From the NCBI GenBank assembly GCA_024181965.1, contig BQXS01012585.1, positions 1 through 36,956 on the forward strand: a DNA stretch of 36,956 nucleotides. The letters are read 5' to 3'. The notes below the pieces were generated by a model. The model made no database searches, was not told the origin of the DNA, and saw only the letters and a program-made list of their open reading frames with translations. Positions within the stretch are counted from its first letter, which is position 1; every line of letters starts with the position of its first letter. This document shows, piece after piece, positions 20,825-32,100 of the stretch. The position numbers and the translations under genes were made by a program. Origin of the DNA: Aduncisulcus paluster. Its lineage: Eukaryota.

Positions 20825-22180
20825 TTAACTATACTGATATTGCATGTATTGACCGGTGGCACTGAACTTTGAATAACCTTTAATCACCTTTTCTATAGCC
20901 TTGAGAAGATCTTTCTCAGATATTACTTTCCTTCTTTCTCTCACAGCGAACATTCCAGCTTCAACACAGACACTCTTGATATCAGCACCAGTTGAATTAG
21001 GGGTGAGACGAGCAAGAAGGTCGAACCTGACTTTCTTCTCAACGTTCATTGCCTTACAGTGGATACGGAAGATGTGAGCTCGTCCGACTTCATCCGGGAG
21101 ACCAAATTCGACCTGACGATCGATTCTTCCAGGTCTCAAAAGGGCTGGATCCAATGTATCGGGTCTGTTTGTAGCCATGAGCACCTTAATATTCCCTCTG
21201 GCCTCGAAACCATCCAGCTGGTTGATCAATTCAAGCATAGTTCTTTGAACTTCATTGTCACCACCTTCTCCATCATCGAAACGGACTCCACCAAAGGCAT
21301 CCACCTCATCGAAGAATATAATGCAGGCTCTCTTGGTCCGAGCGAGTTGGAAAAGCTCACGAACCATACGAGCACCTTCTCCAACGTAACGCTGAACAAG
21401 CTCACTTCCGATGACGCGAATAAAGGTAGCATCGGTACGATTGGCAATGGCACGGGCAGACAATGTCTTTCCGGTTCCAGGGGGACCGAATAAAAGAACT
21501 CCTTTCGGGGGGTCTATTCCGAGACGGGCAAACCTCTCAGGATGAAGCATGGGGAGTTCTACAACTTCTCGAAGCTTCAAAAGTTGATCTTTACAACCTC
21601 CAATATCTCCATATGTTACGTCAGGCTTGGCTTCCACCTCCATCATGGTCACAGAAGGATTGATTTTGGGAGGGAGGGCAATTCTGATATGATAACGAGT
21701 TCTGTCAACTCCAACACGCATTCCTTCTTCAATATCAGTAGGAGCAACATGTTGGGCACGCTTAACAACAAATTTAGCCTGTTGGGTGAGATCAATTAAG
21801 TATTTATCTGGTTCCCTCAAATCCTCATCAGGATCATCTTCATTTCCTGGAATACACTTTGTTACACGGGCAACTTGAAGAGGTCTTTCAGTCATCAAAC
21901 GTTGACGATCATGGGTTAACGTCCAAGTTGATGGAGGAGCAAGACCAGTATCACTTTCAGAAATACCACATGATAATTTTAATGCTGTTGCTAATTTATC
22001 AATTTTTGACTCGACCTTTTTTATCTTTCGACCAAATGGACCTTGACCCTTTTGAATAAGTTGATAAACTTGAATGTTAGAAAAAATGATTCGATTGATA
22101 AATTCAGAAGATACAGAAGAAAACAAATAACATACAAATAATTTAAGAACTGTAATATCTCGATGAGATAACTTTTCCAT
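20825..22180 (-). CDS. PSMC2: 26S proteasome AAA-ATPase subunit RPT1 (regulatory subunit 7); 2 exons: 22180-22136 and 22048-20825, ~422 aa
   Basis: [24 protein letters not shown], Walker A GPPGTGKT, Walker [22 protein letters not shown] and C-terminal GYSKFSAT are RPT1-typical. Confidence 0.97.
   Translation of the reverse strand: MEKLSHRDITVLKLFVCYLFSSVSSEFINRIIFSNIQVYQLIQKGQGPFGRKIKKVESKIDKLATALKLSCGISESDTGLAPPSTWTLTHDRQRLMTERPLQVARVTKCIPGNEDDPDEDLREPDKYLIDLTQQAKFVVKRAQHVAPTDIEEGMRVGVDRTRYHIRIALPPKINPSVTMMEVEAKPDVTYGDIGGCKDQLLKLREVVELPMLHPERFARLGIDPPKGVLLFGPPGTGKTLSARAIANRTDATFIRVIGSELVQRYVGEGARMVRELFQLARTKRACIIFFDEVDAFGGVRFDDGEGGDNEVQRTMLELINQLDGFEARGNIKVLMATNRPDTLDPALLRPGRIDRQVEFGLPDEVGRAHIFRIHCKAMNVEKKVRFDLLARLTPNSTGADIKSVCVEAGMFAVRERRKVISEKDLLKAIEKVIKGYSKFSATGQYMQYQYS
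22049..22135 (-). other. 87-nt phase-0 spliceosomal intron in RPT1
   Basis: GTATGT donor, CTAAC branch point (22080-22076) and AAG acceptor. Removal joins VLKLF|GQGPF, matching conserved RPT1 LLKTY-GQG. Confidence 0.88.
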
Positions 22181-22670
22181 TGGGGGTGTGTTCCAAAAAA
22201 CGACAGAACTCAACTTGATCGTAACTGACAAGGAATGAGATATTATTAGTTAAGTATAGGAATAAATTTAATTTTGAATCTAGTTATATTATAAAATATT
22301 GTTATATTGGAGACGCAGATATTAAATATCGTCGATTTTGGTCTATATCTTAAATAGGCTGTATACGCAATTTATTTGCACATTATATCAATTGATTTTG
22401 GAATTTAAGATGTCTTTTGGCTATTAATTCTTTTGTTATTTTTAAGAATGACGACCCAGGAAATTTGAATAATTAACCCTTATAATTCGTTTTCATGTCA
22501 ATTAAAAAGCAAGAAAAAAACAAAAATATTCATATTTGTATTTATTTTATTCTAGATTTCCCTTCATTTTGCATTTTCTATCCCCTTTGTTGGGAAACTT
22601 GAAATGCGCATTCTTTGTTTACTGATAATACTGGATAATACTCATAGCTTAAACTTCTTGCCATAGAATA

Positions 22671-23618
22671 ATGAACCCTTCTGAAGATTCGGTAATTGAA
22701 CCAGAAATGTTACGCCTTCAAGTATATATTGAGGGCGATTTCTCGTTTTACAGTTATACACACACACTCAGAAGTGTCAGTGATTATCATAAACAACTAG
22801 AAGAAGAAATGGGCGATCTTTTTCAGCATAAAGTATATATTAAAGTATTTTCAATTCAAGACTCGAAACGAAGTGACATAAATCCTAGATATCTAATGGG
22901 TGATGTATTCCAGAATAATGACTTTGTTTTTCCAATTAGGTCTCTATTGAATATAACGGCTGTCGACATTCAACCATTAGTTCTTAAAATCCCACGTTCT
23001 CTGACAGATGATTCCCACACACCTCGCGATGAGATATATGATCAGGCCGCACCTCCAAAACGCCAATCTCTTGGGTCATCAGGATTTGTTGAAAAGACTC
23101 CCATTCAATTTGAAACACAACCATCAACGAAACATTTGTCTCCAACTCAATTTGTACCCCCTGAGCCGAAACCTGTCGTTCTAAAGACTCATTCACATTC
23201 GTTTCCGCATGCTCACACGACTCCTATCATATCTGGAGGTAGATGTCAGCCATATTGTAGACCCCTCGCCCCTTTCGATGTTTATGATATGAAGTGTGAA
23301 AAATGTGGTGAAATTAAGGCGTTTTGTCCCAATAGTGGATCATATTGTACATCGTTATGTATGGCAGGTAAAAATAGAAAGATTAAATCTCAAGGGATGG
23401 ATTTTTGTTCCATATGTATTGGAAGGTACAGACAGAGCAAATATGAAAGTGGAATGCCCCATCAATGTAAGAAATGTAAACGTCCTTGGCTTATTTTAAA
23501 CGATGACGGCCATTGCAGGACCTGTCATACTTTTCTTAGTGGAAGAAGCAAACGTAGGAAAAGCGGAGAGCAGCTCGTCACTGATACTCCTTTCCGCCCG
23601 AGAAATAGAAAGAAATAG
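22671..23618 (+). CDS. Hypothetical protein with C-terminal Cys-rich (multiple CxxC) putative Zn-binding region and basic tail
   Basis: 315-aa ATG ORF with CQPYC, CEKC, CTSLC, CSIC, CKKC and CRTC, plus an NLS-like KRRK..RPRNRKK. Confidence 0.7.
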   Translation: MNPSEDSVIEPEMLRLQVYIEGDFSFYSYTHTLRSVSDYHKQLEEEMGDLFQHKVYIKVFSIQDSKRSDINPRYLMGDVFQNNDFVFPIRSLLNITAVDIQPLVLKIPRSLTDDSHTPRDEIYDQAAPPKRQSLGSSGFVEKTPIQFETQPSTKHLSPTQFVPPEPKPVVLKTHSHSFPHAHTTPIISGGRCQPYCRPLAPFDVYDMKCEKCGEIKAFCPNSGSYCTSLCMAGKNRKIKSQGMDFCSICIGRYRQSKYESGMPHQCKKCKRPWLILNDDGHCRTCHTFLSGRSKRRKSGEQLVTDTPFRPRNRKK

Positions 23619-24126
23619 GATTAAATATCACAATAACATAATCAATAATATGCATTTTTCTTTCTTTATTAACTATTCTCCCGGTAGAGTTTATTCTACG
23701 TCTCTCATGTAGTTTACGGCGCTGATATCGTCCATTTCACACTGATAGATGCCTTATAACATATATATTCTTCCAAACTTCGATACTTTTCCATTTAATA
23801 TGATTGTATTATCCTTTCATCAGGTTCATATCGGTTGACCTCGGACTTTTGGTGCTGGTTACTCCAAAGGTGGAAATATTGGACATTTCATGGGATATTC
23901 ACTCCTAAATCTCTGTATGCACACAAGATTGTGTGTAAACAAATAAATGACCTGCTTTATTATCACTGAACGCGGCCTTAAACATGGTTTTTCTGGAAGT
24001 TCACCTCTTAGATCTAAGTTAGATCAATAAAATGTCAAATTGAGACGTTTATTTTTTAGTTACGCCCTTAAAATGTGGAAGTATATTGATATATTGGTGT
24101 TATTTAAGAGAAACATCTGCATACGC

Positions 24127-25029
24127 CTACTGAACAAAAGCTGTTACACTATCGGACCCAATAACGATCTGAGAATCCTCATTATCAGAGAGGGCGAGAT
24201 ATTCTAAGTAACTGAGAGTATTATCAACACCTCCAAGTTCAGCAGAATAATCGGCAATGGACGCAGCATACTGCTTGTTAACAACCCTGTTATAATTAGC
24301 CTTGTTAATGGAATCCTGCAGAACATAGATAGTGGATGTATTGGCATCATTCGCAATCACAGAAGCTTGGGCTGTGGCAGATCCTGTGGAGGTAGCCTGC
24401 TCGGCTTGAGCCAAAGCAATCTTCTGTGTATAGTTGTCCAGCTGTTGCGCCAATTGTTGTCCTTCATCCTTGGCCTCTTCGAAAGCATCAGGAAGATCCT
24501 GTTGAATGATGTTGAAAGCATCAATATTGATATAGAGAGAATCAGACAATCCAGCAGCTAACTCCTCCTTCATTTTTCCACCAATTGAGGAAATGTCATC
24601 AAAAAACTTAGAAGCGTCGTATTGTGCTGCAACATCACGAATAATATCTCTGACACGCAGAAGAAGCAGACTTTCGTAATCCATCAGAGCAATTGGGAAC
24701 AATTTGTTAACATTTTCACTTTGCAAAGAATATTGAACTGTACAGTCCATTTCAAGTTCTAATCCATCTTTGGTTCTTCCAGCAATATTCTTCGATCCAC
24801 TGATATCCAAAGTCTGTTGGGTCATTGGGAATTTGTAGAGAGCCTGGTAAAAACCAATGTAAGCTGGTCCGTTGGTATAAGTTTTCTCGTCAATATCTAG
24901 GGTGAAAACATTGTAACAAACTCCAACGTATCCGAAAGGAACAAATGTAAGAGAGCATGCAGCACAAATACCACCCACAAGTACAGCAACGCCTGCCCAG
25001 ACGAGGATAGCAATGACAAGTTCATTCAT
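24127..25029 (-). CDS. SPFH/Band-7/prohibitin-domain membrane protein
   Basis: N-terminal TM helix, then VPFGYVGV..GP..IG..RTKDGLELEMDCTVQY..IRDVAAQY..LPDAFEEA and an Ala/Gln-rich coiled-coil tail. Confidence 0.88.
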   Translation of the reverse strand: MNELVIAILVWAGVAVLVGGICAACSLTFVPFGYVGVCYNVFTLDIDEKTYTNGPAYIGFYQALYKFPMTQQTLDISGSKNIAGRTKDGLELEMDCTVQYSLQSENVNKLFPIALMDYESLLLLRVRDIIRDVAAQYDASKFFDDISSIGGKMKEELAAGLSDSLYINIDAFNIIQQDLPDAFEEAKDEGQQLAQQLDNYTQKIALAQAEQATSTGSATAQASVIANDANTSTIYVLQDSINKANYNRVVNKQYAASIADYSAELGGVDNTLSYLEYLALSDNEDSQIVIGSDSVTAFVQ

Positions 25030-25628
25030 CTTTTAAATATTTTTTTCACGATAAAATTACAAGAGAAAAACTACAAAGAGAATCGTCTCGAATTTGAAAT
25101 GGGAAAATGGTCGATCTCACATAAATAATAATAAACTAACCGTTATGATAAAATGGATATTATTTTTTTTTAAGGTTTATTTGCACAAAATATCGATTTC
25201 ACAAAATCTGGGTAGAGTATCAAAAATAAAATCAACAATGTCAAAATAAATTCTCAAATTCGCCATAATTCACTTTCTTGCTGTTTTCTATGTTTGGANN
25301 NNNNNNNNNNNNNNNNNNACGCCTGCCCAGACGAGGATAGCAATGACAAGTTCATTCATCTTTTAAATATTTTTTTCACGATAAAATTACAAGAGAAAAA
25401 CTACAAAGAGAATCGTCTCGAATTTGAAATGGGAAAATGGTCGATCTCACATAAATAATAATAAACTAACCGTTATGATAAAATGGATATTATTTTTTTT
25501 TAAGGTTTATTTGCACAAAATATCGATTTCACAAAATCTGGGTAGAGTATCAAAAATAAAATCAACAATGTCAAAATAAATTCTCAAATTCGCCATAATT
25601 CACTTTCTTGCTGTTTTCTATGTTTGGA
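24989..25628. repeat. Exact 310-bp duplication (24989-25298 = 25319-25628) around a 20-N gap; unmerged contig overlap
   Basis: Identical sequence flanks the N run 25299-25318. Confidence 0.92.
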
Positions 25629-25944
25629 TACAAACGGAATATCAGATAGAACATCTTCGAAACAGACTCGTTCATGGTCAATTCCCAGATTATGAAGAAT
25701 GCAAAAAGGTTACAACTCGCTGAAATTAAAACCGTTCCAGGTTACTCTCTGAATTGCGTCATGTGGTGATTCTCCACGCTAATTCGGAGTTCGAAATGTA
25801 TTTTTCTCCCTCATCGCAAATAGTCGGTTATTTCTACCAGATATATAAATATTGAACTTAAAGAGTTATGAATAGTTAATAGAGTTAATTTCCAATCAAT
25901 ATCAATGCTGAAAGAAATAAACTACAGTTGCACCAAGGCAAAAT

Positions 25945-26502
25945 TTATCCCTCTCTACTATCAGATTCTTCAACAATTTCCACTTCTTTCTCACCGTCTT
26001 TGCGTCGTTTTTCTAAATATGTTTTTGTAATTTCTTCAACCTCTTTTCTTCTTTGAAGATAATTTTTATCACGTTCATCCCTAGTGATTCCGAGTTCCCT
26101 TGAAATTCCATATCCCTGCAATCCAAGAGCCTCACTTAATTGTGCTGCAAGTTGTAATGAGCGTTCAGAATCTCTTCTCCGAACAGAACGAATGAGTTTT
26201 CGTCTTGTATCCATATCTCGTTCAATTTGAGAAAATATGATAGATATTGTCCTTTTCTCAGCTTCTAGTTCATCAAATAATGCAGAACTACGAAAATCTT
26301 TGTCAAGTTTTTCAATAAGAGAACCATAATGCTTTTCGTATTTTTTTGATGCGTGGAGCAATTCAACCAATTGTGATTGCTTTTTCTCTGTCGGTGGAGA
26401 TTTCAAGTGTTTCTCCTGAATAACACGGAAAATTTGTTCATTTAATAATTCATTGGTTATTTTTTCGACGATAGAAGTGTAAAGCCCTTTTTCTATTTCC
26501 AT
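25945..26502 (-). CDS. Hypothetical coiled-coil protein
   Basis: 185-aa ATG ORF, charged and helical, divergent from the next gene across a 149-bp AT-rich spacer. Confidence 0.7.
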   Translation of the reverse strand: MEIEKGLYTSIVEKITNELLNEQIFRVIQEKHLKSPPTEKKQSQLVELLHASKKYEKHYGSLIEKLDKDFRSSALFDELEAEKRTISIIFSQIERDMDTRRKLIRSVRRRDSERSLQLAAQLSEALGLQGYGISRELGITRDERDKNYLQRRKEVEEITKTYLEKRRKDGEKEVEIVEESDSREG

Positions 26503-26651
26503 TGTAAATATATGTGTAAATTAGTTGAAAATGATTGAATAAAATTCTATCAAAATAATCTAAGTATATTTTCTCAGATGGATATCTATGGTTGTGACAC
26601 AAGAAACATTTTTTTTTTTTTCGAAATTGCTTTTTTGGTCGAGGATTACCA

Positions 26652-27377
26652 ATGGCAGAGCATTTAGAGATTTTAAAACAAGAAGATCTTAAACCATTAA
26701 GAACAAATCAAAAGAAAATAACCAATGATTTACATACAGCTTCAAGACAACTCCAAGAAGCAATAGATATTACTGGTGGTGAGATAAAGGAAAAATATTC
26801 TGAGATTAAATCATTAATTGGTGATCTAAATGGTTTGGGACAACAACTTAGAAGTGGAATTAAGCGTATTAGAGCTATCAGAAAGAGTTTGGCTTTTATT
26901 GGTTCTAAGATGCCGGATGATTCTCTTTTGCCAGAAGAAGACAAGGAATTCATGGAAAAACGGAAACAATGGCAAGAATTAAGAAAAACGTCACCAAAAA
27001 TGAAACCCGTTGACGTTTTTCTTAAAATGTTCGGTGAAGATATTGAAAAAGAACGTGAGGATAAAATTCGACAAGAAGAAGAAACAATGAAAGCAATTGA
27101 AAAGATGAAAATTGAAGAACAAAAAAAGCAGGCTGAAAAAGAGAAAGAATTGAAGGAAGACGAAAAGGTAGAACAACAAATAGCAGAAGAAAAGGAAGAA
27201 TCCGCGGGTGAAACGGGAGAAGATGCACATAAAGAGGAAGAAGATGCCCATAAAGAGGAAGAAGATGCTCCTAAAGAGGAAGAAGATGCTCCTAAAGAGG
27301 AAGAAGATGCTCCAAAAGAAGAAAAAGAAATTGATGATATCGATCAAGGTGAAGAAAAAATAACTCCTGATGAATGA
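26652..27377 (+). CDS. Coiled-coil protein, possibly Snapin/Pallidin (BLOC-1/BORC)-like, with an acidic repeat tail
   Basis: LKPLRTNQKKITNDL..KYSEIKSL..L...L....KRIRAI resembles the recalled Snapin/Pallidin pattern (weak). The CDS itself is clear. Confidence 0.6.
   Translation: MAEHLEILKQEDLKPLRTNQKKITNDLHTASRQLQEAIDITGGEIKEKYSEIKSLIGDLNGLGQQLRSGIKRIRAIRKSLAFIGSKMPDDSLLPEEDKEFMEKRKQWQELRKTSPKMKPVDVFLKMFGEDIEKEREDKIRQEEETMKAIEKMKIEEQKKQAEKEKELKEDEKVEQQIAEEKEESAGETGEDAHKEEEDAHKEEEDAPKEEEDAPKEEEDAPKEEKEIDDIDQGEEKITPDE
27219..27323. repeat. Coding 21-bp tandem repeat x5 (EDA[H/P]KEE)
   Basis: GAAGATGCnCmwAAAGArGAA units read directly. Confidence 0.93.
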
Positions 27378-27594
27378 TATCCTTTCAAATTTTTAAAGTG
27401 TGATCCTATTTCCAATTATCAATATATATAAATATCTTATTAACGCGAATTGATTGTTGAAATTTATTTGAGTATTTTTATGATAAATAAATACAATTTT
27501 CATTTTATAAAATCAATATCTAACAAATTTGTTTTGGCTTTTACTGCAATATATCTTTTCTAAAGCACGATTACCAATCCACTGTTTTGGACGA

Positions 27595-28953
27595 ATGTCA
27601 TTCCATAGACGCTCAAAAGATTATATAGGCGACTTTGTAGGTGTACCTCCGCTTACATCTATTCCCCCAAAAGCGTTTCCCGTCCCCCCCACACTTCCTA
27701 TCGTTCCTGATATTCCTATCCATGGTTCTTTATTACCTAACAAGGATGATACAGCTTTAAAATTTCGTCCATCTCTTCCACCATCATTGGGAATGATTTT
27801 GGAGGATGAAATTGATCCATCAAATCCTCGCTTATCAAAAATCAGTCTAAATCCCAATCCAAAGAGACAAGATGTTTCTCAAAGAGTTTTTGAATTACTG
27901 GCTGAAGCTCAAATAGCTCTTCCTGCCCCCAAACCTGAAGATGATACAAGATTGTATTTTTCCAAACAGAAGTTTTCCCAACCTGCCACTTCAGATGGTT
28001 CTGGTGGTAAAATGACTAGAAAGGCCATTGAAGAAGCAGTTTCAGAGGCTAGAGCAAACTTAAAAAGTATTAGAGCCTGGGATAGAGGTGCTCAAATTAG
28101 GAATATTCAAGATTCTTTTGCCTATGCCGAAAAGCCAAGCATTCCTCACCATCCAACAAAAAAAGATGAAAATGGAAATCCATTAGAATGCGAATATATC
28201 ATTCCTTTACTTCCTGATTTTACTCATTGGGAAGAAAAACTTGTTCACGTCAATTTGACCAGGCCAGGCAAGAAAGATGTTGGATTAATGCTTTTTAACA
28301 GCATAGAAGATGAAGGAGTTAGCTCGACAGCTGGTTTGGGTGAGTTTTTCTTAACATTCCCAGTCACTCCTCAAGAGCGTGTAAAAATCCATTCCAAGGA
28401 ACACCCAGTGGAAGAGGAAAGAGAGAGTCAACCTTCAGGCCCATCAACGCATCGTGAAGAAGAAGCTGAAGATGGTGAAGACTCAGATTCCGATTATACT
28501 CATATATCTCATGGCAAATTCTCTCTTCACACTGCACCTCTGAAGGACCCTAGCTTCTTGCTTCGATTCTCAGATTCAATTGAGGAAGGAATCTCTACTA
28601 TTAATGGCCAACAGCAAGAAAGCACGAGAGTGTGTCTGTACCGCCCTATTTCAGCCAAATATACGGCCCAATGGCGTGCACATGCACCGATGAAGATAAA
28701 CATATCCGAAAGACCGCTTGAAACCGATGAAATCGAACAAGGTAAGATGCGGAAACATGAACTGATGGATGAAGAACTCTCTGTTAAGGATGAGGAGGTC
28801 ATGGAATTGGTAGATGCTGAGAAAGAAGCTCAGGAAGAGAAGGAAAAGGAAGAACAGTTGAGATTGGAGGAAGAACAGTTTTTGAAAAGTATTCACGAAA
28901 AACATGATAAAGAAGAGGACGAAGAAGATACTGATGGACTTTTTGCTGCTTAA
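27595..28953 (+). CDS. PAF1: RNA polymerase II-associated factor Paf1-like
   Basis: Pro-rich N-terminus, SLGMIL..D, PEDD..L and RGAQIRNIQDSF..HHPTK..IIPLLPDF.HW..LVHV match the Paf1 core; acidic C-terminal tail. First ATG is at 27595. Confidence 0.8.
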   Translation: MSFHRRSKDYIGDFVGVPPLTSIPPKAFPVPPTLPIVPDIPIHGSLLPNKDDTALKFRPSLPPSLGMILEDEIDPSNPRLSKISLNPNPKRQDVSQRVFELLAEAQIALPAPKPEDDTRLYFSKQKFSQPATSDGSGGKMTRKAIEEAVSEARANLKSIRAWDRGAQIRNIQDSFAYAEKPSIPHHPTKKDENGNPLECEYIIPLLPDFTHWEEKLVHVNLTRPGKKDVGLMLFNSIEDEGVSSTAGLGEFFLTFPVTPQERVKIHSKEHPVEEERESQPSGPSTHREEEAEDGEDSDSDYTHISHGKFSLHTAPLKDPSFLLRFSDSIEEGISTINGQQQESTRVCLYRPISAKYTAQWRAHAPMKINISERPLETDEIEQGKMRKHELMDEELSVKDEEVMELVDAEKEAQEEKEKEEQLRLEEEQFLKSIHEKHDKEEDEEDTDGLFAA

Positions 28954-29192
28954 TAATTGATCAATAAATATTATAGGTGAGATACACTTGAGGGGAATTA
29001 ATCAATGAAAATTCGTCACTGGAAAACACTAATCCATGTCCTACAATTAATTTTTAACCAATATTTAGGTTCATATATGATATGCAGCGACGACAATCTA
29101 TGATTTTGAGCCGATCACAATTTTTCCGAATTCTGAGTGGTTTTTCTTGAAGTTCTTCAGTCAAGGACATTATTTTAACATTATCATTAAAA

Positions 29193-32100
29193 ATGGGAAC
29201 AAATCATTGTACTTTTGCACGGAGATTAATCCTATCGTTCTTTATTTTTCTTGTTTTCTTGTTTGCATTTCTCCCAGTCGTTTATCCCTTTATTTCACTG
29301 GATATCATTGGTAATTCCAATTCATCTCATTCTCTTAAAAAGCCTGCAACATTAAATAATATTTTTCTTGAGAATGGAGCCAATCTTGATATTATTGATG
29401 TTGATTCATTGACTAACTCATCTATCAACATTTTTATGCAAGAAGGAGCAAGGATTCAGTTATCTACATCTTCCTATGGGAGTGATTCAATCTCTACTAA
29501 GAACCAATTACTTACCGAACTTCCTGTATCCACCCCTGTTGTTTTCCCAAGCTCTTCTGACGAGTACACCTTAAATATCGTTGGATTTGCTTCTGAATAC
29601 CGCCTTTTAGAAATTAATTCTGACATTATTGATTCCTTGTCTTCATATTCAACGTCTTCTAATTCCTTCGAAGATGTTGTTCCCCTTGAGAGTCCATATG
29701 TCACTACCGTCAATGACAGTGAAGTTTACCTTACAGAAAAACTTACATGCATTGAAGAAATTGATGAAGCCACAGCACAAGACTGCCTTTGTGTAGATTT
29801 CCGTTCAGGAGTTAACGAGAGCATCAGCCGCGTTTGTTTCTGTGGAGATCAGGCATATGTTACCTCTATCACATTTAAAGTTGAAGAAGAAGAAGCCACA
29901 GGAATGTGTACCCATATTTTTGCCGATGAAGACTATTCTTTGGCTATCTTGAGTGTATGTGTAGATAAGCTTGGAACTCTGACGACTTCGAGTTCTTATG
30001 ATTGCACCATGAGCATCTACTCCTTCTTTGACCATGAAGGAAGCCAATATAAATCGTCTTCTCTCCCTGGCTTTTCTTCTCTCTATTCTGCTTCAAGTGC
30101 CACCATCCCTGATTCTTCTGATTGTACGGCTGCCGCCCCATGTGTCATGTCCTTTGAACGAGTGGATGGCAGAAGTTCATTCACCGAGCCCCATGTTACA
30201 TACTTGTCCTGTCTCTCTGATGCTGACTCTGATGCCGATCTCCAAGACTCTTTGATTTCCAGCATTGGACTCACAACAACCTCTGCCACTGTTATCTCTG
30301 ACTTCTTTTTGCTCAGTTCATGGTCAACTGTTGGCTCAAGCGGAACATCTCTCCTCAATCCGATTGATATCCCCACTCCCAATGGTCTGACATATGCCAG
30401 GTCATTGTCTGCATCGGCAAGTACATCGTCAACTCTGACAGCCGTGTCTGTGTTCCATGAACGTGATGATAACACAGATTCTTTCACTCTGTATGGCTCC
30501 AACACCAATATCTGGTCTCCTGATGCTGTTGTCCTCACCATAGACATCATTGCTGAGGATGATACCAGGCTTGCCGATTCCTCTACCGTCATACGAATGT
30601 ACAATCCTTCGGCTGACGTTTTTGGAATCGGTTTATTCTCATCCGATTATGCCCATCTCTACTCTTTCTTCACAATCGATGCTATCTCTGGCACCATCAA
30701 CATTGCCTCTCGAATCCCCATCGCAGACTATTCTATTTTTATCCCTGGAATGCACCATCGGTTAGAGTATTCTGCCACACCGCCTTCTTTACCTTCTTCA
30801 ACCACCGAGATGTGTTCCCTCCTTCACGTTGATTCTGTGTCCATTTCGGGTGGGATTGTCTCAACAAAAGCTTTTCCTTCTGTTCTGGCAACTACCTGGA
30901 CGGAAGATGAGTATCTATTGCCCGTTTCTGATGAGTATTATATCAACATTAATCCTATACCCATTGGAACAGTGTTGGGTCGTAAGTTCCCCATCGGATG
31001 TGAGGTTATCAATGTGGATGACGAAGGGAATGATATTGACATCTCGGAGGCTTCTGTTGGTGCCGAATATGGCAAAGTGTCATGCTATGACAATTCCTCT
31101 GATCCTGATAATGTCCCTGATGCCGATGGGTTCATTATTGAAATAGAAATGGGTAGCATCGCTCTTGATGATCTTGAGTCGACTGATGGTATCGTTGGTA
31201 TCTTAGCTATCCATGGTACGTGGAGTGATGCTTCCTTGCATAGTTGTGCCGATGTGGACCCAATCTGGGAAATCAAAGAGGAAGACCTCCAGTTCTATGG
31301 GACATGTGAACTTTTCTTTGATGATACCGACGGCGAAGAGACCTTTGGTGTCGTTGGACCAGGTATTATCTTCAATCTTTCCTCACTGGGAGATTTCTAT
31401 GTTGCCTTCAATCTTGGAGGCAGTGATGATGAGTATCCTGATCTATCTGACTCCTCTTCTCATTTATCGGATATGTACACGGCTCCTTTCTCCATCGTGA
31501 ATAAGGTTGTCTTTTCACAGACCAACGTTGTGGATGATCTTATGTGGACTGGACCTACGGGTGCGAACGATGGGAATGGGTTCACGTCTGGTGTATATCT
31601 CTTTGGATCTGCCCTTGAATATGATTCTGACAATAGTTCCACTTCTGAGTGTGTTCTTGCTCGAGTTCCGTTATACAAAGAGCTTAGTTCAATTGTACAC
31701 CATCCGGGAATGAATGTGCAGCCATGGTTTGTGCAAATGAATTCTTATGTCGTATCTTACGTTGATTTTAAGAAACCTCTGCTCTCGGCTGAGCTCGAAA
31801 ATGGATGTGTTGATGATGTAGATGGGAATTGTGTGAGCTTGATCTCCAATGTATCGTCTTTTGCCAGTAATCACACATCATATAGTTCCTACGCCTATTC
31901 TACAACATATACTGATGAAACGAACGGTACATACGGAATCAAGTTCATTCTTGGTACCATTGAAACCGACCCTAACGATTCTTCTGTTGAAGTGTGGGTT
32001 GTCAGAGATTCTCTGATCATTGAAGCCCCCTTTAACAATGGTTCCAGTACATTCGCCAACAAATATACGTATAATCTCGAAAAAGGAGATGTGATTGAAG

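Noticed and set aside
23700-24030. Intergenic stretch with fragments resembling the U2 snRNA 5' end (CTCGGACTTTTGG), ribosomal S29 (PRTFGAG), a RuvC-I-like FISVDLG, or a TGA/SECIS selenoprotein
   Set aside because: No GTAGTA branch-pairing motif, no S29 cysteine pattern, no downstream RuvC motifs and no convincing SECIS core; each match is too short.
24989-25628. 310-bp direct repeat with an apparent second SPFH gene start
   Set aside because: Same gap-flanking pattern as the first duplication; unmerged overlap, although a collapsed tandem gene copy cannot be fully excluded.
25568-25723. Short frame containing RLVHGQFPDYE, reminiscent of a bacterial beta-clamp motif
   Set aside because: About 50 codons with an early TAA and no other similarity; probably chance.
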